Virus record (IMG/VR): IMGVR_UViG_3300048090_000069
Span: 25,652-89,651 of that record
Length of the DNA stretch: 64,000 bases
Direction: 5' to 3' (one strand)
DNA from: a virus
Lineage: Duplodnaviria; Heunggongvirae; Uroviricota; Caudoviricetes
Part shown: positions 1 to 10,376 of the stretch, piece by piece
How the letters are laid out: each line of letters opens with the position of its first letter
Position numbering within the stretch: position 1 is the first letter of the stretch
Position numbers and translations under genes: made by a program
Notes under the pieces: model-generated
What the model was told of the DNA's origin: nothing
The model's input: the letters and a program-made list of their open reading frames with translations, nothing else
The model's database searches: none

Positions 1-254
1 GTATGGGGCTAATCCCTATCTCTTGGCAAGAACAACGTGCATGGCGTTTAGAAAATAAATTGTCTCTTACTTTATGGGAAATTGAAACACTTAGAAAAAT
101 GTCTGAAGCTTATTGTTCTGAATATCATAAAGCAACAGACCCCTCACGGAAACGTCCATTCTCCCTGTATAACGAGGATGAAATTGACGAAGAAGCTGAG
201 AAACGAAAAGCACTAGCTTTAATGAATATGTTACGATCCTTTAGAAAGAAATAA
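1..254 (+). CDS. partial upstream tail gene (3' end), possibly tail assembly chaperone-type ORF preceding the tape measure gene
   Basis: ORF open to the window edge and ending 4 nt before the tape measure gene. The call rests on position only. Confidence 0.3.
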   Translation, partial: MGLIPISWQEQRAWRLENKLSLTLWEIETLRKMSEAYCSEYHKATDPSRKRPFSLYNEDEIDEEAEKRKALALMNMLRSFRKK

Positions 255-257
255 AGT

Positions 258-3200
258 ATGGATATTGCATCTCTTAACGTAAAAGTGAAGTCAGAAGGAA
301 TTCAACAGACAACAAATCAATTGAATTCTCTTGGCACTGCTGCTGCGAACACAGAAAAAAAAGTACAAAACCTTGTCGATGCTGTTGACAAGATGGTTAA
401 ACAATTCGCTGCGGGAGCATCTTCCACTAAAGCAATGACAGATGCCCTCTCCGTTGTGAATCGTTCTACACAAGCATCTGACGCAGCACTGAAATCCTTG
501 ACAACCTCTGTTACGAACCTTCAACGTGAAATCACTTCGCTGAATGGTAGATTACAACAAGGTTCGGGTGCTGTCAACCAGTCTACCGTAACTATTGTGC
601 ATAACACTGCTGCAATGAATGACGCACATGCTGCTGCCAGAGGCTTATCTGGCTCTCTAGGAGCTTTGTGGTTAACTTATGGTAATGTAATCCCCCTTGC
701 CGCTGGTGCGGCTATTGGCGCTTCTCTGAAGGCTATAGTGACGGTTGGTGTAGATGTACAAAGCACTTTGGAGAATATCCGTGTCCGTACTGAATCTACT
801 ATTGAAGAAGTAGCTCTGTTAGGAAAGACCATTTCTGATCTAGGTCAAGGTATTTATGGCCCTCAAGAAGTTGCTAAAGCACTAGAGACATTGACATTAG
901 CCGGTTTATCTGCTAAACAAGCTGTCACAGCTATTGGTGCAGCTTTGAATCTAGCAACATCTGGCGGTACTACTATTGAGAAATCTGCGGAAGCTCTCGT
1001 CACTATCGGGACTGCGGTAGGTGCTACATCAGCAGAATATGACTATCTTGCCGATGCTATTCAGAAGACAGCTAATATCTCTTTGGCATCTGTTGATAGT
1101 ATTGCGGAGACAGTTAAAAGAGCTTCCGTAGTTAATAAATTATATGGCGCTTCATTTGAAGACATCTTAACACAATCTGCTGCATTAGCACAGTTAGGTA
1201 TTAAAAACACGGCTGCTGGTACTGCTATTACTAACTTTTATGCTAATGCTCGTGCAGAAACAGAGAAAGCAAAGAAGGCAGTAGATGCTTTAGGTTTTTC
1301 CTTCCAAGATACAAACGGTAAAGTTAAGGAAATTGTTCCTGCGATTGAAGGTTATGCCAAGGCGTTGAATAAATTTGATTTAAACTCCCAGAAGGAGTTA
1401 ATCACGGCGCAGTTTGGTGAACGTTCTCTTAGAGATATCCAAGCATTAATCTCTTTGTACAATACGGCGGCAGAAAGCCAAGAACGTTTAGCTGATGGTA
1501 CATTGAAGTACAAGAATCGTCTTGAGGAAATTCAGGCACAAGTGCAAGATTCAGCCGGGGCTGCTGTTATTGCGGCATCTCAACAGGCACTATCCACAGA
1601 GAACTTATTCAAAGCAACTGCCAACTCTCTAAAAACTTCTTTAGGTGATGCTTTCAAAGTTATTGAGCCGGATGTACAACGTGTTTCTCGTATATTAAGG
1701 GATGGATTTGCATCTCAAGAATTTAAAACGGCTGTTGAAAATGTGGCACGAGGGTTTGTCTCTGTTGCAAAAGCGATTGCAGAAAACATTGGCCCGTTGA
1801 CAATGTTAGTTGAGTTGTTTTTAACTTACAAAGCCATTGTCGCTGGTGGTGCGTTATTCACAACCATGATTCCTGCAATTGAAGCGGTTGGTATGGCCGT
1901 ACTTACATTAGGTGGCGCTACTCAAACTGCTGCTGTTGGCATGAGTGCTATGGGGGTTGCAACAGCCACTACTACTACAAGTATGTTGGCTCTGACAAGA
2001 GTTATCCCCGGAATTGGGGCAGCATTAGCTGCTGCAACTGCTGTTTTCGCATTATACTCGTTGCACGCCAAAGACGCTACCGATAATACTACAAAATTAG
2101 CAGAATCGAAACGTCAAGCTGCTGTTGACTACAACACAGACTTTTTAAAATCTTTGTCTGAGGAAGCTACTCGTATTGAACTAGTGAATGAGCAAATCAG
2201 TAAAGGTATTACTTTAACAGATGCTCAAACTGAGGCTAACAAGAGACTTGCACTTGAAAAGCAAAAAGATATCAACAACTCTTCTGTTGATGCGGCCCAG
2301 AAAGCCTTAAATGATGCACAAAGAGATGTCTCAAGACTAAGCTCCAGTTCCGGTACAGGTAGGGAGGGAGAAGACCTGAAGAACGCGGTAGCACTTGAGA
2401 AAGCTCTTAAACAAGTCACAATAGCACAGAAGCTTTTAAACGCTGCTAAAACAGATGCGGCAGAAGCAGATAGAAAAGCTCTAGAAGACATGGAAAGAAT
2501 TCGGAAAGGTTCGGCCTTTCAGCAGTCCATGATTCGTGCTCAAACTCTTGGCGCGGAGTTGGAAGCAAGGGAGCGTGCTGGTAGTCAAACATTCAATCCT
2601 GAAGCTGATAAAGCAGCACAGAAGCAATTAACTTTCCTTGAAGAAGAACAACGACAGCTAAAACTGTTAGCCGCTGGTTATCAAGCTCGTGGGGATGCTT
2701 TAATTAAGTCTTATCTAGCTGGTGAGAAGATTGCTGCTGATACACAACAAGCTCGTATCAAAGTTAATCAGGAAGAAGGTAAGTATGCTTCTGATAAAAT
2801 TGCAGCACAAGAACTTATCCTTGCAAAGAATGCTGATGAGAAGAAGGATTATGAAGAACGTGCAAAAATCTTTACAGAGCTTGGTTTTAAAACACAAGGT
2901 ATCATTGCAGGAGAAAAAGCAGCACAAGAAGCTTTTGCAAAAGGTGATACAGACCGCAAGGGCAACTTAGAGCGTCAAGCAAACAAAGCTGCGGACTTTA
3001 TCAAGCTAACTGTAGAGCAACGTGATGCTTTCGTAGAACAAGCTGCGGCTGCTGAACTCATAAACAAAGCTATCGAATACAGAATTAAGCTTGAGTCTGA
3101 AACTAAGTCTGCGGGTGGCCGTGCTGATGCTCTGATGGCTCAAGCTGAAGCAATGTCTGAATATGGTAGTAAAGCAAAATTCACAGCACTTGATTTAGCC

Positions 3201-6200
3201 AAAGGAAAAGTTGCACAAGAAGAATTTACAGATGCAATTACTAAAGGTGCTCAAGCTGCATATATTGCTAGTGCTGCATACGAAACTGCTGCAAAGGCTT
3301 TGGTCAATATCACTAAGATTGGTCAACAGTCTGCGGAAGATGAAGAAAAAGCACAGGCAGATAGCTTGCTGATTTTCGCTGATACTGAGAAAAAGAAAGT
3401 AGAAATTAAAGCAAATTCTGCTAAGAGGATTATTGCCTCCAATTTAGCACAGGCTGAGTCTGCTGCTGGTACAGGGGACGAGAAGGCTATTGATGCTTAT
3501 GAGAAAGCAAAGATATCTTCTGTCAATGCTATTGCACAGATTGACAGGACAACCATTCTCAAAACTCACAACATCGAGTTAGAAGACTGGAAGAAAACAG
3601 CTAATCAAATTGTTGATGCAACTATCGAAGGTTTTGAACGTTCCCGCGATCAAGGATTAAGCATTTGGAAATCCTTAACTAACTCTATCAAAGACATGTT
3701 TAAAAAGACAATCTTTGATTATATTAAAAAAGAGTTTGCAAAACCTATCCTTCTTAATCTTGTTGCAAGTACAGCCGGTACGCTTGGTTTCTCAAGCTTG
3801 TCTGAAACGGCTGGTAAGATGGCTGGAAGTTCTTCTGGTTCAAGTGCAATTAGTTTGGCATCTGCTGCTAACAATATTTACAAAGCTATTAGCGGTGGTT
3901 TTGATGGGCTAGCCTCTTCAATTTCTAATGTAGCTCAGAGTGGACTAAACCTTCTTGGCCCTAACTCTGGCTTCTACACAGGAGAGGCAACTTCTGGTAT
4001 TGCAAATACTTCTCTTGCTAATGGTATTGGTACTGCTGGTAGTGCTGTAGCAGGGATTGCCGGTGGAATTTATGGTGGGCGTGCAATCTCTGGTGGTTAT
4101 TCTGCATTAGGTAGCTCTGGGAATAGTGCTGTAAACATTAGTACTATTGTTGGTGCTGTTGTTGGTGGGCCACTAGGGGCTTTAATTGGTGGATTGATTG
4201 GTGGTTCTGTTAATCGTTTGTTTGGACACAAAGCTAAAGAGATTCAGTCGCAAGGTATTCGCGGAACTTTAAGTGGTGATGCAGCAACTGGTGAAAACTA
4301 TGCTAATTGGATTCAAAAGGGTGGTTTGTTCAGGAGCGATAAAAAGGGAACAGAGACATCTGCTATTACTTCAGATATTCAAAATACATTAACCAGTAGC
4401 TTTAACCAACTGAAATCTACAGTAGGATATTTTGCTAAAGATGTTGGTGTTGGTACTTCTGCATTAGATGGCTTCACAAAACAATTTGATATTGCATTTG
4501 GAACTGATGCACAAAAGAATCAAGAAGCTGTAACAAAATTCTTCACAGATTTAGGTGATGAGTTTGTTACAAAGCTGATTCCTAACATATCTGACTTTGC
4601 AAGACAGGGTGAAACTGCTTCTCAAACTTTGGAAAGATTGTCCGCAACTTTCAAAATCACAAATCAAATTGTTGAGATTCTGGGTAAAACTGGAGAGCAA
4701 GCATTTGGTAGTGTAGGGCTGGCATCGGATAAAGCTCGTGAACGTCTGATTGATTTAGCTGGTGGTATTGATAAACTTGGCTCTAAAGTTACAGCTTATG
4801 CTTCTGATTTCTTAACGGATGCTGAGAAAATAGCTCCTGTGAAGAAAGCAGTTAATGAAGCATTGACATCTCTCGGATTAGCTGGTGTAACAACTAAAGA
4901 GCAATTCAAAAATATTGTCAACGGACTTGACCTTACTTCTGAAGCTGGTGCAAAACTGTTCAATGATTTACTAGACTTAGCTCCTGCATTTGCACAAGTG
5001 GCTGATGCTGCTGATTCTGCTGCACAGGCTGCTAAAGACGCTGCTGAAGCTGCTGAAGAGGCACAAAAAGCTGCTTTTGAAGCTGCCATGAAAGCTGTAG
5101 ATGCCTCTTTCAATAGACTGAAAAAATCTGTCGATGCACAGAAGTCTGTGGAGAATGACAGATACAATCAAGAAGTGGCATTTATTAAGGCGGTAGGAGA
5201 GGCACGTAAAAATGCTGCTCAAACTGAATTAGATACTGCTAAACAAACTGTCAGTACGTTGTCAGGTATTTTAAGTAGCTTGCAGAATGCTTTGGTTAGC
5301 ACAAAAGTTGAATCTGTGGCGCTAGATAAAGCTCGCCGTGTTTCTGCTCAAACTTATTTAGCATCTATTCGTGGAACAGACTTATCTAAAGCCTCTGGAT
5401 TAAATGATGCCCTTGGAAATGTTTCTGGGGACTCTAAACAGTTCTTCGCAACATTTGAAGAGTATGCTTTGGATCAAGCTAAGACAGCCAATTTAATTTC
5501 TGGCTTAGTTAATGAAACCACTATTAGCAAGAGTTTTGCAGAATTGACAGTTGAACGTTTGAATGATACAATTACAGCAATTCAAAATTCTACAGATGCT
5601 CAATTATCTGCTGCTGAAAGTCATCACAATGACGAAATAGCCAAGTTGGATAAGGTTATTGATGCGGCTCAATTACAAATTGATGCATTAAATGGAATTC
5701 AAACTGCTGTTCTTTCTGTTACATCTGCTATTGCTAATTTCAATGCTGCTGTTAATGCTGCGGTAGGTGCGGGAGGTAGTGTAGGTGGTAATCCTAGCCC
5801 TACTTATAGTGGAACAGGTAGTAGTGGTAGTATTCCTAGCAATGGCGGTGGTGGTCTTGGTAGTATGTACGTCAACCCTATTGGCTCTGGTACAGGTGGT
5901 TCTGAGTCTAATCCGTTCTTCTGGGAAAACACTGTCTGGGACTTCATGCGCAATGGAGCATACGTAGATGGTAGCCATGCATCCGGTTTAGGTTATGTTC
6001 CGTTCGACGGTTATATTGCAGAGCTTCACAAAGGCGAGCGAGTTATGACCGCTGCCGACAATGCAAACCTCTCTCGCCAAGCAGATAGTGCAAGTAGTGG
6101 TTCTTCTCAAGATATTAACTCTCTGAAAGCTTCCATTGAAGACTTGAAGCAAGCAATTGTTTCTGGAGATATTGCAGTAGTTGGATATCTGAGAGAGATG

Positions 6201-6257
6201 TTACAGATTGATCGTCGTTGGGATCAAGACGGATTACCTGCCACACGAGAAGTGTAA
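258..6257 (+). CDS. tail tape measure protein (1999 aa)
   Basis: Very long Ala/Gln/Lys-rich coiled-coil protein with central hydrophobic TM-like segments and a Gly-rich C-terminal region. These are typical TMP features. It is followed by a terminator hairpin. Confidence 0.8.
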   Translation: MDIASLNVKVKSEGIQQTTNQLNSLGTAAANTEKKVQNLVDAVDKMVKQFAAGASSTKAMTDALSVVNRSTQASDAALKSLTTSVTNLQREITSLNGRLQQGSGAVNQSTVTIVHNTAAMNDAHAAARGLSGSLGALWLTYGNVIPLAAGAAIGASLKAIVTVGVDVQSTLENIRVRTESTIEEVALLGKTISDLGQGIYGPQEVAKALETLTLAGLSAKQAVTAIGAALNLATSGGTTIEKSAEALVTIGTAVGATSAEYDYLADAIQKTANISLASVDSIAETVKRASVVNKLYGASFEDILTQSAALAQLGIKNTAAGTAITNFYANARAETEKAKKAVDALGFSFQDTNGKVKEIVPAIEGYAKALNKFDLNSQKELITAQFGERSLRDIQALISLYNTAAESQERLADGTLKYKNRLEEIQAQVQDSAGAAVIAASQQALSTENLFKATANSLKTSLGDAFKVIEPDVQRVSRILRDGFASQEFKTAVENVARGFVSVAKAIAENIGPLTMLVELFLTYKAIVAGGALFTTMIPAIEAVGMAVLTLGGATQTAAVGMSAMGVATATTTTSMLALTRVIPGIGAALAAATAVFALYSLHAKDATDNTTKLAESKRQAAVDYNTDFLKSLSEEATRIELVNEQISKGITLTDAQTEANKRLALEKQKDINNSSVDAAQKALNDAQRDVSRLSSSSGTGREGEDLKNAVALEKALKQVTIAQKLLNAAKTDAAEADRKALEDMERIRKGSAFQQSMIRAQTLGAELEARERAGSQTFNPEADKAAQKQLTFLEEEQRQLKLLAAGYQARGDALIKSYLAGEKIAADTQQARIKVNQEEGKYASDKIAAQELILAKNADEKKDYEERAKIFTELGFKTQGIIAGEKAAQEAFAKGDTDRKGNLERQANKAADFIKLTVEQRDAFVEQAAAAELINKAIEYRIKLESETKSAGGRADALMAQAEAMSEYGSKAKFTALDLAKGKVAQEEFTDAITKGAQAAYIASAAYETAAKALVNITKIGQQSAEDEEKAQADSLLIFADTEKKKVEIKANSAKRIIASNLAQAESAAGTGDEKAIDAYEKAKISSVNAIAQIDRTTILKTHNIELEDWKKTANQIVDATIEGFERSRDQGLSIWKSLTNSIKDMFKKTIFDYIKKEFAKPILLNLVASTAGTLGFSSLSETAGKMAGSSSGSSAISLASAANNIYKAISGGFDGLASSISNVAQSGLNLLGPNSGFYTGEATSGIANTSLANGIGTAGSAVAGIAGGIYGGRAISGGYSALGSSGNSAVNISTIVGAVVGGPLGALIGGLIGGSVNRLFGHKAKEIQSQGIRGTLSGDAATGENYANWIQKGGLFRSDKKGTETSAITSDIQNTLTSSFNQLKSTVGYFAKDVGVGTSALDGFTKQFDIAFGTDAQKNQEAVTKFFTDLGDEFVTKLIPNISDFARQGETASQTLERLSATFKITNQIVEILGKTGEQAFGSVGLASDKARERLIDLAGGIDKLGSKVTAYASDFLTDAEKIAPVKKAVNEALTSLGLAGVTTKEQFKNIVNGLDLTSEAGAKLFNDLLDLAPAFAQVADAADSAAQAAKDAAEAAEEAQKAAFEAAMKAVDASFNRLKKSVDAQKSVENDRYNQEVAFIKAVGEARKNAAQTELDTAKQTVSTLSGILSSLQNALVSTKVESVALDKARRVSAQTYLASIRGTDLSKASGLNDALGNVSGDSKQFFATFEEYALDQAKTANLISGLVNETTISKSFAELTVERLNDTITAIQNSTDAQLSAAESHHNDEIAKLDKVIDAAQLQIDALNGIQTAVLSVTSAIANFNAAVNAAVGAGGSVGGNPSPTYSGTGSSGSIPSNGGGGLGSMYVNPIGSGTGGSESNPFFWENTVWDFMRNGAYVDGSHASGLGYVPFDGYIAELHKGERVMTAADNANLSRQADSASSGSSQDINSLKASIEDLKQAIVSGDIAVVGYLREMLQIDRRWDQDGLPATREV

Positions 6258-6264
6258 TGGAATG

Positions 6265-6287
6265 GGGGCTTTTGCCCCCTTCTTTCA
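6265..6287 (+). terminator. intrinsic terminator/attenuator after tape measure gene
   Basis: GGGGGC-TTTT-GCCCCC hairpin followed by a TTCTTTC tract. Confidence 0.6.
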
Positions 6288-6326
6288 AGGAGATATAAAA
6301 TTAAAATAGTAAGTCCTCAAACTGTT

Positions 6327-7460
6327 GTGGACAGTGCATTAGTCTCAAGTAACGTGAGTGCTACCAGTGCAACAGCGTGGAGTGCTAGCACAGTATATGT
6401 TCTTGGGGATATTGTACAGTATGACGCAACAAATAGCCATCGTACATTCCAATCTAAACTTGGAGTGACAAGTACAGTAACCATAACTATTGCCTCCCCG
6501 GCTGTTGTAACAATGACAGGACATGGACAAGTGGCAAACACACCTTGGCAAGCATCCACTACGGGTGCTCTGCCTACAGGTATTGTAGCAGGAACAGTAT
6601 ACTACATTCTTGCTCCTACAGCAAATACTTTCAACCTTTCTGCAACTCCTGGTGGTGCAGCGATCAATACAACTGGCACTCAATCTGGCACGCATACAGC
6701 TAAAGCTTCTTTGAATTATAACAAAAATCCTTCTACAGATGACGGGACAAATTGGATTAATACAGGAAGTACAAATCGTTGGAAGATGTTCGATCAAAGC
6801 GTTCAAAGTCAGACAACAAACTCTAATACAATTGATGCTGTAGTTACTTTTTCGTCTATTGTAGATACTGTTGCATTTCTTAATTTAAGTGCTCAATCGG
6901 TTAGAGTAAAGGTAACACATCCTGTAGATGGGATATTGTATGACCAAACACAAACACTAACATCCAGTTCTGGTATTACTGATTGGTACACTTATTTCTT
7001 TACCCCAATCAGACGGAAGACAGATATTGTATTTTATGATTTACCTAAATATTCCAATGTCCAAATTGAAGTGATTGTAAGTAATACAGGAGGTACAGCA
7101 GGTTGCGGCGGTTGTATATTTGGGCAAACTACCGACATTTCTAGTGAAGGGTTGGGCGTAGAGCATGGCGCTAAACTAGGTATTCAAGATTATTCGATTA
7201 AGAGCACTGATGACTTTGGTAATTTTAACATTGTCCAGAGAGCTTTTAACAGAAGAACAGATTTTAATATTTTCATCAATAACACAGATTTAGACTATGT
7301 TTACAATTTGTTGTCTGAAAGAAGGGCTATACCAACATTATATATTGGAAGTTCTAGATTCGGTTCAACACTTGTTTACGGATTCTATAAAGATTTTAGT
7401 ATTGATATTTCTTATTACGATTGTTCTGTAGTTTCAATTACATTAGAAGGACTCACATAA
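6327..7460 (+). CDS. tail/baseplate structural protein (Thr/Ser-rich), GTG start
   Basis: 377-aa ORF immediately downstream of the TMP. It is T/S/N-rich like distal tail proteins. No specific motif was recognised. Confidence 0.4.
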   Translation: MDSALVSSNVSATSATAWSASTVYVLGDIVQYDATNSHRTFQSKLGVTSTVTITIASPAVVTMTGHGQVANTPWQASTTGALPTGIVAGTVYYILAPTANTFNLSATPGGAAINTTGTQSGTHTAKASLNYNKNPSTDDGTNWINTGSTNRWKMFDQSVQSQTTNSNTIDAVVTFSSIVDTVAFLNLSAQSVRVKVTHPVDGILYDQTQTLTSSSGITDWYTYFFTPIRRKTDIVFYDLPKYSNVQIEVIVSNTGGTAGCGGCIFGQTTDISSEGLGVEHGAKLGIQDYSIKSTDDFGNFNIVQRAFNRRTDFNIFINNTDLDYVYNLLSERRAIPTLYIGSSRFGSTLVYGFYKDFSIDISYYDCSVVSITLEGLT

Positions 7461-7461
7461 T

Positions 7462-7896
7462 ATGGTTGCACAAGTAACTCCGCTACCAACTCCTCCAAAT
7501 AGGAGTATGGATAGCTCAACATTCACTTCTACAGCGGACAGTTTTCTAGGCGCGCTTCCTACATTTGGTACAGAAATTAACACAGTAGCATCTGAAGTGA
7601 GTGCTAATGCCGTGTCTGCTGATGTAGATGCGAACACAGCTACGGCACAGGCATTAATCGCGGCCAATGCTGCTGAAGCTGCTTTGTCCAGTGCAGGAGT
7701 GACCCTTTGGGTAAGCGGGAACACCTACGCGCAGGGTGTGACAGTGATTAGTCCTGCCAACTCTCTTGCATTTAGAAAGAAAACACCATCAAGCAGTTCT
7801 ACTACAGACCCATCCAATGATCCTGTGAATTGGCTCCCCATCGGGGGATCACCAGTTGGCACTCTTTACGCAAATAATAATTTCGGAGGTTTTTAA
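7462..7896 (+). CDS. tail fiber-like protein (N-terminal fiber-type domain)
   Basis: The N-terminus (PLPTPPNRSMDSSTF...FLGALPTFGTEINTVA...) resembles conserved tail-fiber N-termini, and the protein is Ala-rich. It is translationally coupled to the upstream gene. Confidence 0.45.
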   Translation: MVAQVTPLPTPPNRSMDSSTFTSTADSFLGALPTFGTEINTVASEVSANAVSADVDANTATAQALIAANAAEAALSSAGVTLWVSGNTYAQGVTVISPANSLAFRKKTPSSSSTTDPSNDPVNWLPIGGSPVGTLYANNNFGGF

Positions 7897-7899
7897 ACT

Positions 7900-8301
7900 A
7901 TGGCAGCAAATATTCAACCAATCTTTCCCGCATCCCCTGTGATCGGTATTGCTACCCTTACTTCGGCTACAGCAATTACTTCTCGTGCCAATATTACAGG
8001 TACAACAGGTTTGGTGCAGCTTACTCCTACATCAACAAACGGTAAACGAGTAGACAGCATTACAGTTAAATCTAAAGCCACATCTGTAGCCAGTATTACC
8101 AGTATTTGGATTTATAACGGCACTACTTCTTTCCTCTATGACGAGATTGACGTAACAGCAGTGACAGCAAGCACCACAGTAGATTCATTCTCTGTGAGAA
8201 AAACTTACAGTGATTTAATACTCCCCCCTACTTATCAACTTTACATCTCTCAGACAGTTCAAACAGATGTAAATGTGTATGCTAATGGTGGAGATTACTA
8301 A
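7900..8301 (+). CDS. tail protein
   Basis: 133-aa Thr/Ser-rich ORF packed within the tail gene block. Confidence 0.35.
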   Translation: MAANIQPIFPASPVIGIATLTSATAITSRANITGTTGLVQLTPTSTNGKRVDSITVKSKATSVASITSIWIYNGTTSFLYDEIDVTAVTASTTVDSFSVRKTYSDLILPPTYQLYISQTVQTDVNVYANGGDY

Positions 8302-8303
8302 TC

Positions 8304-9158
8304 ATGACTTTTCCAAACAGTTTTGCACTTCCCCCTCAAGCTAAGTCTCAAATTTTTACAACATCTGGTAAATTTTATCCTAAGCCAGATGCAAGTTTCT
8401 ACGTCATTGATTTGGTTGGGGGTGGTGGTAGTGGGGGTAGTAGTGGAACGTCAAATGGAGGGGGAGGTGGTGCTAGAAATATTAGGATAATTCCAGCAAA
8501 CTTTGTGACTGGAGTTGTTAGTGTGACTGTCGCTGCGGGTGGTGCAGCAGTGACGGCGGGGGCCAATGGCAACGTTGGTGGAACAACGTCATTCGGGTCT
8601 TTGATGTCTGCTTATGGTGGTGGTGGGGGTGTTAACTCAGGAACTCCCGGTGGTGGTGGCGGGACGTTAGGGCCGGGAAGTAATTCTAGTGTTGGTGGTG
8701 CTCCTTCTAACACCAGTAGTTCCTCAACAAATGGTGGTGCGGCTGCGTCGTCTGCGTCGGGCGCAAGTGGCGGAACGGCGGAATACGGTGGTGGTGCTGG
8801 TGGGCAAGCCGGTTCCGGTGGTGCCGGTGGTGCTGGTGGTGGTTCTTTCTACGGGGCAGGGGGTGGAGGCGGCATGGGTTCCAGCAATGTTGGTGGTGCT
8901 GGTGGTGCTCACGGACTTTGGGGTACTGGCGGGGGTGGTACTGGAGGCCCGAATAGTGGTACTGGTAATGGCTCTCCGGGACAGTCAGTACCCGCTAATT
9001 CTAACCTCTGTGGCAGTGGTGGTGGTGGTGGTTCTAGTAGCGGTTCTATAGGTAATGGTGGTGATGGAGGATTTCCCGGTGGCGGTGGTGGTGCTGGTCT
9101 TACTGGTGCTCTCTCTGGTGCCGGTGGTAATGGCGTTGCCCGTATTTATTGGTGGTAA
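8304..9158 (+). CDS. glycine-rich tail fiber/collagen-like structural protein
   Basis: 284 aa dominated by GGxGG repeats. The ATGA overlap with the upstream gene indicates coupling. Confidence 0.5.
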   Translation: MTFPNSFALPPQAKSQIFTTSGKFYPKPDASFYVIDLVGGGGSGGSSGTSNGGGGGARNIRIIPANFVTGVVSVTVAAGGAAVTAGANGNVGGTTSFGSLMSAYGGGGGVNSGTPGGGGGTLGPGSNSSVGGAPSNTSSSSTNGGAAASSASGASGGTAEYGGGAGGQAGSGGAGGAGGGSFYGAGGGGGMGSSNVGGAGGAHGLWGTGGGGTGGPNSGTGNGSPGQSVPANSNLCGSGGGGGSSSGSIGNGGDGGFPGGGGGAGLTGALSGAGGNGVARIYWW

Positions 9159-9192
9159 ATATTCACTAAAATTTGGATAAAAGGAAAACAAT

Positions 9193-9585
9193 ATGCGTGC
9201 AGCACAACTAGAAAATAACGTAGTAATTAACTATGCACTTGTAGGAGGTTTTGACGGAGTTGAATTCGTAGACCCTCTAGATTCCGTTCTCGGATCAACG
9301 TGGGACGGAACAAGCTTCACACCTCCTGCCCCTGTTCCTCCTGTCGTTCCAGCCTTAGTGACAATGAGACAGGCACGTCTAGCACTATTTGCAAATGGGA
9401 AACTGGATGCTGTAGGGCCAGCAATTAACTCACTACCTAGTCCTACGAAAGAACAAGCACAAATAGAGTGGGATTATTCCTCCTCTGTAGAGCGTAATCG
9501 CCCTCTTGTGCAAGCCCTAGGGCCATTGTTAGGATTGACAGAGGAAGACCTTGACAACCTATTTATACAGGCTGCTACATTATGA
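9193..9585 (+). CDS. tail fiber assembly/chaperone-like protein
   Basis: Small protein after the fiber genes with a Pro-rich linker and a conserved-looking C-terminal segment. Resemblance to Tfa-type proteins is weak. Confidence 0.3.
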   Translation: MRAAQLENNVVINYALVGGFDGVEFVDPLDSVLGSTWDGTSFTPPAPVPPVVPALVTMRQARLALFANGKLDAVGPAINSLPSPTKEQAQIEWDYSSSVERNRPLVQALGPLLGLTEEDLDNLFIQAATL

Positions 9586-10085
9586 AATACGCAGAATACA
9601 GAAAGAATGTTAAAAGTGGTGACATAATTGCGCTCTCTCATTATGAATGGGCTTCTTGGAGAGACTTACAGATTCAAGCCGTAAGGCTTTTCACCGAGAG
9701 TGAGTACAGCCACGTTGGACTTATTTGGAAAGTTAGTGGTAGATTATTTGTAATAGAGGCTGTCACACCTTTCATTCGCATTGTACCTCTGTCTCAATAT
9801 GCTAAAGATGGGTTCTATCACGTCCCGATGAAGAAACCAATGTCTTCTCAGGAATTAGAATATGCATTGTCAGAAGTAGGTGTAGGAGGATATTCTAAAC
9901 TAGAAGCAATCAAAGGCTTTCTCAAAACACTAAGGATTGGTGCTAACCACGAATGGCAATGTAGTGAATTCGTCATAGCCTGTAGAAACATCTCTGGAGT
10001 ATTTTTAGGAGATACAGCTACACCTAGCGCTGTGATACAAGCTGCACTCTCTCAAGGAAACACTTTGAATTACGTGAAGGATTAA
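9582..10085 (+). CDS. NlpC/P60-superfamily (LRAT-like permuted) cysteine peptidase
   Basis: An SHVGLIW (His) motif upstream of QCSEFV (Cys) matches the LRAT/NlpC-P60 permuted His...Cys arrangement. Likely a virion- or lysis-associated peptidoglycan peptidase. Confidence 0.4.
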   Translation: MKYAEYRKNVKSGDIIALSHYEWASWRDLQIQAVRLFTESEYSHVGLIWKVSGRLFVIEAVTPFIRIVPLSQYAKDGFYHVPMKKPMSSQELEYALSEVGVGGYSKLEAIKGFLKTLRIGANHEWQCSEFVIACRNISGVFLGDTATPSAVIQAALSQGNTLNYVKD

Positions 10086-10086
10086 T

Positions 10087-10365
10087 ATGGAAGCTAGTGT
10101 TTTATTGTGGATTGCACAAGCTGTTTTAGGCGCGTTTGCAGCAGTGTTGTGGTTCCTCTTTCAAGATGTAAAATCAAAAGCAGAGAAGGCAACTAATGAC
10201 CTCGCAGAATTCAAAACAATAGTAGCTCAAGTGTACGTTAGCCACACAGCTTTAAAAGACACACTTGGGGATATTAAAGAAATGTTCCGAGATTACGAAA
10301 CAAAGATGGATCAACGTCTTAATCGTATTGAGGATAAGCTAGATGAAGTTAGAAGTAAACAGTAA
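10087..10365 (+). CDS. spanin-like (Rz-type) membrane protein
   Basis: N-terminal TM helix followed by a charged coiled coil. It sits directly upstream of the endolysin. Confidence 0.4.
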   Translation: MEASVLLWIAQAVLGAFAAVLWFLFQDVKSKAEKATNDLAEFKTIVAQVYVSHTALKDTLGDIKEMFRDYETKMDQRLNRIEDKLDEVRSKQ

Positions 10366-10376
10366 AGGAACAAATA

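Noticed and set aside
291-5978. Several 60-120-aa ORFs on the minus strand or in alternative frames inside the tape measure gene (e.g. 291..524, 2225..2491, 4796..5167, 5688..5978)
   Set aside because: They are embedded antisense or off-frame within a 6-kb gene with clear protein character. Low-complexity Ala/Ser/Cys-rich translations are typical of mirror-frame artefacts.
8689-9051. Alternative-frame ORFs (+ and -) within the Gly-rich fiber gene
   Set aside because: They are produced by the GGT/GGC repeat structure. The GGxGG frame, with coupling to neighbouring genes, is the coding one.
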